The translations under genes were made by a program, and so were the position numbers. DNA of 55,809 nt, from IMG/VR virus record IMGVR_UViG_3300003690_000041, positions 1-55,809 of that record; one strand, given 5' to 3'. Shown piece after piece: positions 29,485 to 37,725 of this stretch (position 1 is the first letter of the stretch; each line of letters opens with the position of its first letter). This DNA comes from a virus (taxonomy: Duplodnaviria > Caudoviricetes). The notes beneath the pieces were generated by a model. That model saw only the letters and a program-made list of their open reading frames with translations, had not been told where the DNA came from and made no database searches.

Positions 29485-29718
29485 ATGAAAATGATGCAAA
29501 CCACGATCAGCCGAGGCGATGGGCAAGACGATGAAGTGCTTGCGACACACAAGGGCATCAAGCCTAAGCGCGTCACCTTATCAGTGGACAACGGTGACGG
29601 ATTCGGGTGGCAAGACGTTTACACCACCCAGACACTGTATTATGAAGCCGAACTGTTCGCCATCAAGAAATTCCTCAAACAGCATCCCGATGCCGTCTAC
29701 TGCGAATCCTTTGCATAG
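29485..29718 (+). CDS. Early hypothetical protein
   Basis: AAGGAG RBS. Confidence 0.7.
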   Translation: MKMMQTTISRGDGQDDEVLATHKGIKPKRVTLSVDNGDGFGWQDVYTTQTLYYEAELFAIKKFLKQHPDAVYCESFA

Positions 29719-29728
29719 GAGATTCACA

Positions 29729-30007
29729 ATGAGAACAACCAAAGCGATGTCTTTTCTTAAGAAAGACATTGCATTTGCCCTCGATGTCGCAGAAACGAAA
29801 GCCTTGTTGCTTAAACAGGCCAACCACGCGCGAGAAGTTTCGGAGCAGGCATTTCACATGGGCGACACCGAAGACGGGCATCGTTGGTATATCGCCTACA
29901 TCACATTTGCCTACGCTGCTGACCGCCCCTGGAACAGCAGATTGTTTCAGGACATCGCTTCATACGGTAACCTCAGCCGATGGGGTTACTTTGACAGCGC
30001 TCGATAG
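29729..30007 (+). CDS. Early hypothetical protein
   Basis: AGGAG RBS before ATG 29729. Confidence 0.65.
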   Translation: MRTTKAMSFLKKDIAFALDVAETKALLLKQANHAREVSEQAFHMGDTEDGHRWYIAYITFAYAADRPWNSRLFQDIASYGNLSRWGYFDSAR

Positions 30008-30075
30008 CCCACATCGCTGTGAAACCCAAGGGGGTGAGTGAAACTGCTCACCCCCTTTTCTATAAGGAGAAGCGA

Positions 30076-30411
30076 ATGACTTCCAAACAAATATCTGCCC
30101 TGAGATCCATCGTAGAGCGTTATGGTGGCACGTATGACAGCACAGACTTCCCTACATCTGGAGGACTTCAAGGGCTTCCAGATGGGTACGTCAGTGGGTG
30201 GGTGAAGAATGGGCTGGGAGAGAATCGCATCTATATTGGTTGCTCGGATATGTTGGAAGAAATGGGATGGGATTCTGTCGTACCCGCCATTTGCGCCAAC
30301 AAAGGATGCGATTATACAACGGGTATGGAACCTGATCAGGACAGAGGATGGTGTGAAGAGTGCAGAACCAACTCAGTACAATCCTGCCTTATACTGGCTG
30401 GGGTTATCTAA
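30076..30411 (+). CDS. Early hypothetical protein with a C-terminal Cys motif
   Basis: AAGGAG RBS; PAIC...C..TTGMEPDQDRGWCEEC..SVQSCL. Confidence 0.7.
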   Translation: MTSKQISALRSIVERYGGTYDSTDFPTSGGLQGLPDGYVSGWVKNGLGENRIYIGCSDMLEEMGWDSVVPAICANKGCDYTTGMEPDQDRGWCEECRTNSVQSCLILAGVI

Positions 30412-30441
30412 GGAGCGATAAGCTCATAAAAAGGAGTTGAT

Positions 30442-30639
30442 ATGTTTGATCCATTCCACACATGGAATGACACAGCATGGGAAGCCATAGAAAACCACGT
30501 TGACGAAACCTTTGACCTAGGGAACCTTGAGCCATTCGAACTCCCGTTTAAATCAATGTGGGATGCCACCGAAAAAGAAATCATTGATCACGCAAAGGAA
30601 ACCGTAAAACGGTATATAGATTCTAGGAGGACAAGATGA
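30442..30639 (+). CDS. Early hypothetical protein
   Basis: AAGGAG RBS. Confidence 0.65.
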   Translation: MFDPFHTWNDTAWEAIENHVDETFDLGNLEPFELPFKSMWDATEKEIIDHAKETVKRYIDSRRTR

Positions 30640-30845
30640 AACAGACCGCAACGGAAACGCACCACAACCGTCAGCTTACTCTAAATCGTATCGACATGTT
30701 ATGCCGGATGCTCACTGTTCAACGATTGCAAACCGATCCTTGGGGGTGGGAGCGCATTCTGGATCGCATCAATAAACTGAACGACACCTACCGCGTGATG
30801 ACTATGTTGGTGAGAACAAATCGCGACAACCCTTTGAAACCATAG
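30636..30845 (+). CDS. Early hypothetical protein
   Basis: AGGAGG RBS, ATGA overlap. Confidence 0.6.
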   Translation: MKQTATETHHNRQLTLNRIDMLCRMLTVQRLQTDPWGWERILDRINKLNDTYRVMTMLVRTNRDNPLKP

Positions 30846-30879
30846 CCATTGTACGCGTGAGATCCAATCATTACATGCT
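30844..30879 (+). ncRNA. Orphan TIGR-like 36-nt guide unit
   Basis: AGCCA-TTGTACGCG-TGAGATCCA-ATCATTACA-TGCT has the same 5+9+9+9+4 layout as the array units. Confidence 0.55.
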
Positions 30880-30922
30880 TGGGGATGAGTGAAACTGCTC
30901 ATCCCCTTTTCTATAAGGAGAT

Positions 30923-31204
30923 ATGATGATGGAAAAAGAATACGCTGAATCAATCGAAAGAACGGGAGCACTCATCGCTTCCTTCGCAGAATTCACCAAT
31001 CTGGCGATGAAGAAACACGGACTCCGACCAGAAGAACTGGTGCGCACGGGGATCACCTTCGCGGCACTCGTAACAATCGCCATGTTCGACCCCAAATACG
31101 GGGAGATAGACAGATTCATCAAGGCTAGTGTGGAGGCGTTTGAAGAGGAGACAAACCTGATAAAGGAAGAATTCGAAACTGTGAGATACTTCTTCGGTAA
31201 ATAG
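30923..31204 (+). CDS. Early hypothetical protein
   Basis: TAAGGAG RBS. Confidence 0.7.
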   Translation: MMMEKEYAESIERTGALIASFAEFTNLAMKKHGLRPEELVRTGITFAALVTIAMFDPKYGEIDRFIKASVEAFEEETNLIKEEFETVRYFFGK

Positions 31205-31218
31205 AGGAGACCCAGAAC

Positions 31219-31314
31219 ATGTTCTCAAAAGCATTCAAGATAATATCGTGGTGGTGCACAATGCTGTGCTTAGGATGGTGTCTGGGGTGGCTACTCGTAT
31301 GGGGCTGCTCGTAA
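31219..31314 (+). CDS. Possible 31-aa hydrophobic W/C-rich peptide
   Basis: GAGGAG RBS; MFSKAFKIISWWCTMLCLGWCLGWLLVWGCS. Confidence 0.4.
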   Translation: MFSKAFKIISWWCTMLCLGWCLGWLLVWGCS

Positions 31315-31329
31315 AGGAGGACGAAGAAT

Positions 31330-31608
31330 ATGAAAGCGATAGAGGAAAACTGTGAGGAAGAGGTATGGATTCACTGGCAAAAGTTGATAAGCCTTGGTGT
31401 TATTCGACAGAAAGAACCAGTTTTCACAATAGTGGATCGCGTTCTCAAAGTAGAGGAGGACGGCGACTACGGTATGGGCAAGACGATGAAGTGCTTGCGA
31501 CACACACTGGAAAACCTGACAGATAGAGAGGATTCACGATGGCACATGCAAAGAAGCATCGACAGGCAGAGAAACTGCTTAAAGATGCTGACCGTACCAC
31601 TTCAGTAG
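31330..31608 (+). CDS. Hypothetical mosaic ORF (ENCE..W..WQK motif)
   Basis: AAGGAGG RBS; shares its motif with 31539 and 31982. Confidence 0.5.
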   Translation: MKAIEENCEEEVWIHWQKLISLGVIRQKEPVFTIVDRVLKVEEDGDYGMGKTMKCLRHTLENLTDREDSRWHMQRSIDRQRNCLKMLTVPLQ

Positions 31609-31796
31609 AAGAGGAAGCGCTACACCTCGAAATGGCGCACGTAAATTGGACGATCATTTACGTAGAAAACTGTGAGAAAGAATGGATTCGCTGGCAAAAG
31701 GGGGAAGACAATGACAGCGACCTGATCACAGTGCACGCATTGCCCATCGGATCAGTGGAGGGCGAACACAAAACAGATAGGGAGGATTCACGATGA
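31539..31796 (+). CDS. Hypothetical mosaic ORF
   Basis: GAGG RBS; N-terminus paralogous to 31793-31969. Confidence 0.5.
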   Translation: MAHAKKHRQAEKLLKDADRTTSVEEEALHLEMAHVNWTIIYVENCEKEWIRWQKGEDNDSDLITVHALPIGSVEGEHKTDREDSR

Positions 31797-31969
31797 CACA
31801 CGCAGAGAAGCATCGACAAGCAGAGAAACTGCTTAAAGATGTGGAGCGTACCAGACGGATGCATGAGAACAAACGTCGGCACTATTCAGTTGTCAAAGAA
31901 CAGACCTTCTGGAGCTACTTCGATCAGCACCACTCCCACCTGACAACGGCTATGCTCACGTGCCAGTAA
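31793..31969 (+). CDS. Hypothetical protein (58 aa)
   Basis: GGGAGG RBS; MTHAEKHRQAEKLLKD. Confidence 0.5.
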   Translation: MTHAEKHRQAEKLLKDVERTRRMHENKRRHYSVVKEQTFWSYFDQHHSHLTTAMLTCQ

Positions 31970-31981
31970 AAGGAGATTGAT

Positions 31982-32230
31982 ATGTTGAACAGTAAAGACG
32001 AGAACAGCATCATCGCTTACCACCACCTACTCGACTTCTGTGTCAAGGTGGAAGTGGGGATGGTAAACATCGCACAGACGAAAGAACGCATCATATATGC
32101 CATTGCAACCGAAGAAGAGCCACACGTTGTTCAGTTTCTGGAACAGGCCCTGGAATACGTGGAAAACTGTGAGATCGAGTGGCTCAAGTGGCAGAAGGAG
32201 GGAGACCGTGTATCCGCAAATGGATATTGA
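31982..32230 (+). CDS. Hypothetical protein
   Basis: AAGGAG RBS. Confidence 0.65.
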   Translation: MLNSKDENSIIAYHHLLDFCVKVEVGMVNIAQTKERIIYAIATEEEPHVVQFLEQALEYVENCEIEWLKWQKEGDRVSANGY

Positions 32231-32393
32231 CGACAACCTGATCACAGTGTTCGAAGTGGCGCGTCTTACCCTACGGTCACGCATGATACATCAGATAATA
32301 GCAGAGGAACTGGACCTGTCTGATGAAGCGATGGCTGAATTGCAATTCTACACCGAAACAGTTCTGGAAAAGGAGGAACGAAGGGAGAGATAA
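32220..32393 (+). CDS. Hypothetical protein (start uncertain)
   Basis: Acidic ORF with IAEELDLSDE. Confidence 0.5.
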   Translation: MDIDDNLITVFEVARLTLRSRMIHQIIAEELDLSDEAMAELQFYTETVLEKEERRER

Positions 32394-32411
32394 CCAACCG
32401 GGGGGACTTAC

Positions 32412-32440
32412 AATATAACACATATCCCTCTATAAGTCAA
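32412..32440 (-). promoter_or_regulatory. Antisense sigma70-like promoter inside the early operon
   Basis: TTGACT-17-TATATT with extended -10 TG on the minus strand. Confidence 0.6.
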
Positions 32441-32480
32441 GTAGTTAAACCAGAACATGTTCTGATGAAAGGAGAAACAC

Positions 32481-32885
32481 ATGCAACTGGAGATGGCACG
32501 GCTGGCGCTTGAAAGCGCACTCTACGAACACAGACAGAAGATCATCGAGATAAACGATGAAGAACTGTCTCTGTGTGAACGCCTACTCAGACGCTTTGAC
32601 ATGCTGGACGAAGACAAAGCGTACGTGGGCAGAGAATATGATGACGATTTCCGCCCCAAAAAGGGAGACATTGTGCGAGCCAAAGAGATAGGAACAGAGG
32701 GCGAGATGGGAGGCAGACTACCCTCTGGGTTCGCAATCATCCACTCAATAGAAGAGAAAACACTACACCTCGAATGGCTGTGGGGAAGCAAGGTATTCAC
32801 GGGCGGGAGAACCCCCGGAGAGACCAACTGGAATTCCGTCAAAGAAGAACTTTTTCATATCATGCGGTCAAATTTATCGACATAA
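32481..32885 (+). CDS. Hypothetical protein
   Basis: AAGGAG RBS. Confidence 0.7.
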   Translation: MQLEMARLALESALYEHRQKIIEINDEELSLCERLLRRFDMLDEDKAYVGREYDDDFRPKKGDIVRAKEIGTEGEMGGRLPSGFAIIHSIEEKTLHLEWLWGSKVFTGGRTPGETNWNSVKEELFHIMRSNLST

Positions 32886-32899
32886 AGGAGAGCACTCAC

Positions 32900-34345
32900 A
32901 TGGCAACAACATCAAACAACACGCAGACCGTGACTGTCCAAGCAGCAGCGAAGGAACTGGAAGAAGCCCTCAAGCTCCGTGCCCATGACCAGCAGAACAT
33001 CCTGTTTGAGGGGCCACGGATCATTCTCCCGGCTCATTACCGCAACAACCCCCTCGCTGCCGTGAAGGACATCGAAGAGTATTACGACCACCTGGAAGAC
33101 GATGTCGAGTCTCGCTTTACTGTGATCGGACACCCCTCGGACACCCTGAACGCCTTCACCAAAGGCATCGAGTCCACCTTCGGGACAATTACGGGATCGT
33201 CACACACCGTCAATACCCTGATCGGCCCGATGAAGATCCCCGGTCAGTCCCGGTCTATCCAGATCGGGTATGACGAGACCCTGACCGTCCCTTACGGGAA
33301 CATCAAAGTTCCGGGGCTTCCTGTCTCCCTCAACGTGAACGTGAAGGACAACCACGGCAACCCGATGGAAAGTATGCTACTGGTCCAGGCCAACTTCAAA
33401 GCCATCTACCAGCCTCTGGTGGACGACATTGAAACGAATACCCGCAAATGGCTCACCGAGAAGCCCATCTTCCTGCACAAAAGCATTGACTCTGCGTACA
33501 AGTTCCTCAACTTCTCCGGCTTCGATCCCGAAAGCATCATCTATTCCAGGAATGAACAGAAAGACCTGGATGCGCTGGTGTATGCCCTTATCAGGGACCA
33601 GAGTGGGTGGGAAGAAGAAGGTCTTCGGTTCCGTCGTACCATCCTGTTAACAGGCGAATACGGTGTTGGCAAGACGGCAGCAGCAGCTATCATCGCACAG
33701 ATGTGTCAGAAATATGGGAAGACATTCATTATGGTGCGTCCCGGCGACGACATCGTGATGGCCTTCAATGCAGCGATGACCTATCCTTCCTGTGTGGTCT
33801 TCTTCGAAGATGTGGACCAAGAACTCTCTGGTGCTCGCGATGAACGCGTCAATGCCATCCTCAACACCATTGACGGGGTGCTGTCGAAAGATGCAGAGGT
33901 GATGACTATTCTGACGACCAACCACCCTGATCGCATCCAGAAACCTATGATGCGATCAGGAAGGATCGACAGCGTGATCAAGCTGGGTAGCGTAGATGAC
34001 CGCGTGATGGGTGGGATCGTGGACTACCACTGCAAGAAAACGGATGACTCCATCAACATCGAAGACCTACTTCGCGTTGCTGACGGGTTCCCTCCTGCCT
34101 TCCTAGTGGAGATGTGCAAGCGTGCCAAGCTGTATGTGGGACGCGGTGGAATCATCAAGCAAGAGGATCTGGTCGATGCGATCAAGTCCCTGTACTCGCA
34201 ATACAAGATGATGCGTGCTGACGAAGTGGAGTTCACTTCACCCATCGACACCACCCTGAAGACGCTGGTGAAGGACACAGTGTCAGAGGTTGTCGAGAGC
34301 CAGTTCGAAGAGTTCGACTTCTTCGAAGCAGTCCGAGAGAATTAA
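32900..34345 (+). CDS. AAA+ ATPase (classic AAA clade)
   Basis: Walker A LLTGEYGVGKT, Walker B VVFFEDVD, LNTIDG, TTNHPDRI..MMRSGRID. Confidence 0.9.
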   Translation: MATTSNNTQTVTVQAAAKELEEALKLRAHDQQNILFEGPRIILPAHYRNNPLAAVKDIEEYYDHLEDDVESRFTVIGHPSDTLNAFTKGIESTFGTITGSSHTVNTLIGPMKIPGQSRSIQIGYDETLTVPYGNIKVPGLPVSLNVNVKDNHGNPMESMLLVQANFKAIYQPLVDDIETNTRKWLTEKPIFLHKSIDSAYKFLNFSGFDPESIIYSRNEQKDLDALVYALIRDQSGWEEEGLRFRRTILLTGEYGVGKTAAAAIIAQMCQKYGKTFIMVRPGDDIVMAFNAAMTYPSCVVFFEDVDQELSGARDERVNAILNTIDGVLSKDAEVMTILTTNHPDRIQKPMMRSGRIDSVIKLGSVDDRVMGGIVDYHCKKTDDSINIEDLLRVADGFPPAFLVEMCKRAKLYVGRGGIIKQEDLVDAIKSLYSQYKMMRADEVEFTSPIDTTLKTLVKDTVSEVVESQFEEFDFFEAVREN

Positions 34346-34360
34346 ACCTCCACCACCACC

Positions 34361-34398
34361 GCCCCCCTGCCTATTCCCCTACGGGGCAGGGGGGCTTT
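34361..34398 (+). terminator. Putative terminator after the AAA ATPase
   Basis: GCCCCCCTGCC...GGCAGGGGGGC followed by a short T run. Confidence 0.6.
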
Positions 34399-34422
34399 AA
34401 GCTCCCCACGAAAGGAGAAACA

Positions 34423-34599
34423 ATGAGATGCGTGAAGAAAGGAGACCTCGTAGAACGTGTCTCCAATGACAAAGCACACGCCATGGTGTCCACGGGAGGA
34501 TGGGCATATTGTCCAAAAAATAAATGGAAACGAAGGAGAGGCAATGGGAGAAGTAGTCCTGAAAAAAGAGGGAAGAGTCAGGTTCGTAAGGGGGAATAG
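34423..34599 (+). CDS. Small hypothetical protein (58 aa)
   Basis: AAGGAG RBS; MRCVKKGDLVERVSNDKA...GWAYCPKNKWK. Confidence 0.6.
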   Translation: MRCVKKGDLVERVSNDKAHAMVSTGGWAYCPKNKWKRRRGNGRSSPEKRGKSQVRKGE

Positions 34600-34720
34600 G
34601 TATCGGGTGTATGTCGGGGACGATATGGTATGGGAGATCCTTTTCTCTGGTCTCCCGGCATTCATGGAAGGGCTGAAAATATTCAGAGAACATGTTCTGA
34701 TGGAGGAACAAGATGGATAA
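34544..34720 (+). CDS. Small hypothetical protein
   Basis: AAGGAG RBS before ATG 34544. Confidence 0.5.
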   Translation: MGEVVLKKEGRVRFVRGNRYRVYVGDDMVWEILFSGLPAFMEGLKIFREHVLMEEQDG

Positions 34721-34991
34721 AATACCTGCTGAAATTACCAAAGGAGAGATGTTCGTTTACAAGTGGCAAATGTCTATGCTCGGACACTTCTTCACCCTGC
34801 TGGCAAATGCTATGGCACGGGCAGATCCGGGTAACAGCGACAAGCTGATGCTTGCATACCCTGAAGAAATGGCAGCGATGATTCTCTTCAGGGAAGAAGA
34901 AGGATGGTGGCCTGATGCCTGTGTGCGTATCAAAGAAAGGATGGATTATGAGTACCCCAATGCAAAAAGAAGCCCTGAAAGAAGCGTTTGA
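34713..34991 (+). CDS. Hypothetical protein
   Basis: GGAGG RBS; GHFFTLLANAMARADPGN..KL..AYPE. Confidence 0.7.
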   Translation: MDKIPAEITKGEMFVYKWQMSMLGHFFTLLANAMARADPGNSDKLMLAYPEEMAAMILFREEEGWWPDACVRIKERMDYEYPNAKRSPERSV

Positions 34992-35418
34992 TGTCCTTGG
35001 AGAACAAGGTGACAACGAATCCATGGCTGCTATTGTCAAGCTCAGAATCATATTTAACAAAACACTGGACCAACCAGAGCGTACGAACATAGCCATCACA
35101 GCTTTTCAAAGCCTGCAAGAAGACAATATCCTGGAAAATCACGGTATTCACGATGTCGATGTAGTGATACCGGACGGATGGGGAAAGAAAGAGTATGTCA
35201 TCTGTGGTGGCTGTGACGAAAGGATGGAAGAATCCAGCGCATATTATTCTGAACGTGGAGACGAATACTATTGCGGAAACTGCTATGCTGAATACTACAC
35301 CTCCTGCGATGCTTGCGGGGATGAGTTAGACCGCGACAATGATGTTCACTACGTAGGAGAGAAAGAACTTTGTGAGTCATGCTACGAAGACAAAAAGGAG
35401 GAAGCACCATGGCTCTGA
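34948..35418 (+). CDS. Hypothetical protein with tandem CxxC zinc-binding motifs
   Basis: CGGC, CGNC, CDAC, CESC. Confidence 0.65.
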   Translation: MSTPMQKEALKEAFDVLGEQGDNESMAAIVKLRIIFNKTLDQPERTNIAITAFQSLQEDNILENHGIHDVDVVIPDGWGKKEYVICGGCDERMEESSAYYSERGDEYYCGNCYAEYYTSCDACGDELDRDNDVHYVGEKELCESCYEDKKEEAPWL

Positions 35419-35771
35419 CACAAGGAGACCTCGACCATTTCATTGGCACCACACAGTGGTTCAAGCATTTTCTCGGATATCTATACACCGAAGGCGTCCG
35501 GCACGTAGCAGAGGAGGGAGAGGCTTATTGGCTGCTGGACGCCATCTTTTCGTGGCAGACCCCTACGCTCAAGAGCTACGAGCATCAGTTCTGGAGCCTT
35601 ACAGTGACCCTTGAGGACGAAACAAGGAATGCCACGCTTCAATGTGTGTCTGACACCCTTCCATATGGGGAAATTTTAGCGACACAAGAGATAGGATACA
35701 CAGATTTCCCTATGGACCACATTGAACTGTGGTTCGCCAACAACGTGCTGTATTTACCTTCGGAACATTGA
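35409..35771 (+). CDS. DUF6876-like protein
   Basis: LDHFIGT, YTEGV..VAE..EAYWLLDAI, IGYTDFP, VLYLPSEH. Confidence 0.75.
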   Translation: MALTQGDLDHFIGTTQWFKHFLGYLYTEGVRHVAEEGEAYWLLDAIFSWQTPTLKSYEHQFWSLTVTLEDETRNATLQCVSDTLPYGEILATQEIGYTDFPMDHIELWFANNVLYLPSEH

Positions 35772-35772
35772 T

Positions 35773-36003
35773 ATGATCACCGAATACTTCATCCAAATCA
35801 ATACAAGAGGATACCTCGCAATGACATGCTGTATTTGTGAAGAAGAGATCGAAGTGGAACCCCTGTCGGGGTGGAGTGAAGGATACAACGCCGACCCAGT
35901 GGTGCCTGAAGGTAGGTGCTGTAACAACTGCGACGCAGACGTGGTAGTGCCAGAGAGGATGCGCCGTGTTATGCAAGGCAAGCCACAGCGCACACACCTG
36001 TAA
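35773..36003 (+). CDS. Small Cys-rich hypothetical protein
   Basis: CCIC...GYNADPV..GRCCNNC..VVPER. Confidence 0.65.
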   Translation: MITEYFIQINTRGYLAMTCCICEEEIEVEPLSGWSEGYNADPVVPEGRCCNNCDADVVVPERMRRVMQGKPQRTHL

Positions 36004-36011
36004 AGGAGGAG

Positions 36012-36215
36012 ATGATGGTGGAAGCAAAGAAGGGACTGAAAGAAGCTGTTGACTTCGTGCATGAGCAAAAAGATTCTGTGGAAATCACACAGGACGCGAA
36101 GGGAAACTACAAGTTCATCGTCAAAGCATACTTCAACCCAGACCAAGAAAAGGAGACCCTGCTCAGAGTGAAACGAATCATGAAATCGCTGAACAAAGAC
36201 TTCAGCAACATGTAA
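36012..36215 (+). CDS. Hypothetical protein
   Basis: AAGGAGG RBS. Confidence 0.65.
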   Translation: MMVEAKKGLKEAVDFVHEQKDSVEITQDAKGNYKFIVKAYFNPDQEKETLLRVKRIMKSLNKDFSNM

Positions 36216-36248
36216 TGCGCATACATATGCGCATAGGAGACAGACATC

Positions 36249-36623
36249 ATGTATGAAGAAGACACCTTAATAGCCAAAGAAGAAGTCATTGATATGATGA
36301 AAAGTAAACACTTAAACTCCTGGCTTTTGATAGGTGCTGGACCCGATGGAACAGCACACGCCATCTACGGAGACAGGAGGTCGATTGCCTACTCTTTCAT
36401 CAAATCATTATCCATCATTCCCGGACTACAGGAACTGCTGGAAAAGGCATTGGAGGCTGCTATGGAGACAATAAAAGAATGCGGTTCCCTCATGGAGGTA
36501 AACGAGCAGGAGCAGGAAGGCCTAATCCGTGGAATGAAAGACTTCACAAAATCACACTTAGAGTCCCAGAAAGGATTTATAACAGACTGGTCAAGCGTGC
36601 AGAGTCCAAAGGGCAAGGACTGA
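36249..36623 (+). CDS. Hypothetical protein
   Basis: AGGAG RBS; 3' part overlaps the RHH ORF. Confidence 0.6.
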   Translation: MYEEDTLIAKEEVIDMMKSKHLNSWLLIGAGPDGTAHAIYGDRRSIAYSFIKSLSIIPGLQELLEKALEAAMETIKECGSLMEVNEQEQEGLIRGMKDFTKSHLESQKGFITDWSSVQSPKGKD

Positions 36624-36670
36624 GCTACACCGTAGTAGAAATACTGAATCGTATCTCAAAATTCCTATAA
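36479..36670 (+). CDS. Ribbon-helix-helix (Arc/CopG-like) DNA-binding protein
   Basis: HGGKRAGAGRP leader, KITLRVP beta strand and two helices. Confidence 0.65.
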   Translation: MRFPHGGKRAGAGRPNPWNERLHKITLRVPERIYNRLVKRAESKGQGLSYTVVEILNRISKFL

Positions 36671-36683
36671 GGAGACAAAAAAG

Positions 36684-37208
36684 ATGACAGCATCAAAAGA
36701 TGAAAGACCAAAAAACTACACCTTCTTCGGTGGTGTACGTGTTCCTGTCCCGAAATGGTTGGCTGTGGACCTCGCTGTTGCACGCCAATATTCAAACATG
36801 ACCCGTCCACAGGTCTGTAATATGATCAATGACGCCAATGGAAGACATCCGACTAATGGGGCACTCTCTTCTATCGAAAGCGGTAAGACGAAAAAGATAG
36901 GGAAATTGCTGTTGAACGGAGTGATTCAGTTCATCGCCAACTTTGGCCCCCCTAAATTGGCGGAAAATGTAGACAAATATGAGGATGCTGATGTCGTCAA
37001 AGTGAAGAAGTATGAAGCCTTCGCTGAAATTGAGACGCTCGAAAAAAAAGTCAATGAATCTGAAGATCGGCTGGACAGGATGTTCGCTGCTTTTGAAGAC
37101 CTGGATGCCGACGAACAACAGATCATATGCACTCTGACAGAAAGACTTGCAAAGGCCAGCAAGGTGTCTGCTGCTGTCCAAGAGTTCACGGAGAAACACA
37201 CGGCATAA
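36684..37208 (+). CDS. XRE-family HTH regulator
   Basis: ARQYSNMTRPQV...ALSSIESGK; TAAGGAG RBS. Confidence 0.65.
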   Translation: MTASKDERPKNYTFFGGVRVPVPKWLAVDLAVARQYSNMTRPQVCNMINDANGRHPTNGALSSIESGKTKKIGKLLLNGVIQFIANFGPPKLAENVDKYEDADVVKVKKYEAFAEIETLEKKVNESEDRLDRMFAAFEDLDADEQQIICTLTERLAKASKVSAAVQEFTEKHTA

Positions 37209-37278
37209 CCGTGTATATTATGAGACCCATATCGTGTGTGTGAACCGTTATGCCTATGAGACCCAGACTGTTCATGTG
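37207..37278 (+). ncRNA. TIGR-like mini-array (two 36-nt units)
   Basis: AACCG-N9-TGAGACCCA-N9-TGTG twice, in register. Confidence 0.75.
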
Positions 37279-37288
37279 AAAATAATCC

Positions 37289-37318
37289 TTGACATGGAGG
37301 TCCATGTGTGTGTATCAT
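37289..37318 (+). promoter_or_regulatory. Sigma70-like promoter upstream of the main array
   Basis: TTGACA-18-TATCAT. Confidence 0.55.
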
Positions 37319-37725
37319 GAAGCACACTAAAAAATAGGTTGCCGATAAACTTGATATTATATATCTTTAATATCGCAGAATTAAGAGCCAATAGTAAAAA
37401 GGGTGTCAAGTCCCTTCGGCAACTATTGGCTCTTTTTCTGTTTCATAAGGAGGAACTGTGGCTCTCCTCAATAAAAACGCCACCGTATCGGCTACGTTAC
37501 AGCGCCTTGACCCTCGATGGGTCTCGCCTAATACCACGGGGGGGGATATGCGCATGTACCATGAAGTCTAACATGTACAACATTTACCTCTTCCTGCAAT
37601 TAATGGATAGCGAAGCAGGGATAGCGAAGCGTGGGGTACATGTACCATGAGTAAGACGGTAAGGGAAGAAAAGTATTTCCTTACCTTTTTACATGAAAAA
37701 AATTAGGTCGGTTCTGAGAAAAGAA

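Noticed and set aside
30881-30906. Hammerhead ribozyme suggested by GATGAG..GAAAC
   Set aside because: No CUGA core or three-stem junction; it folds as a simple hairpin.
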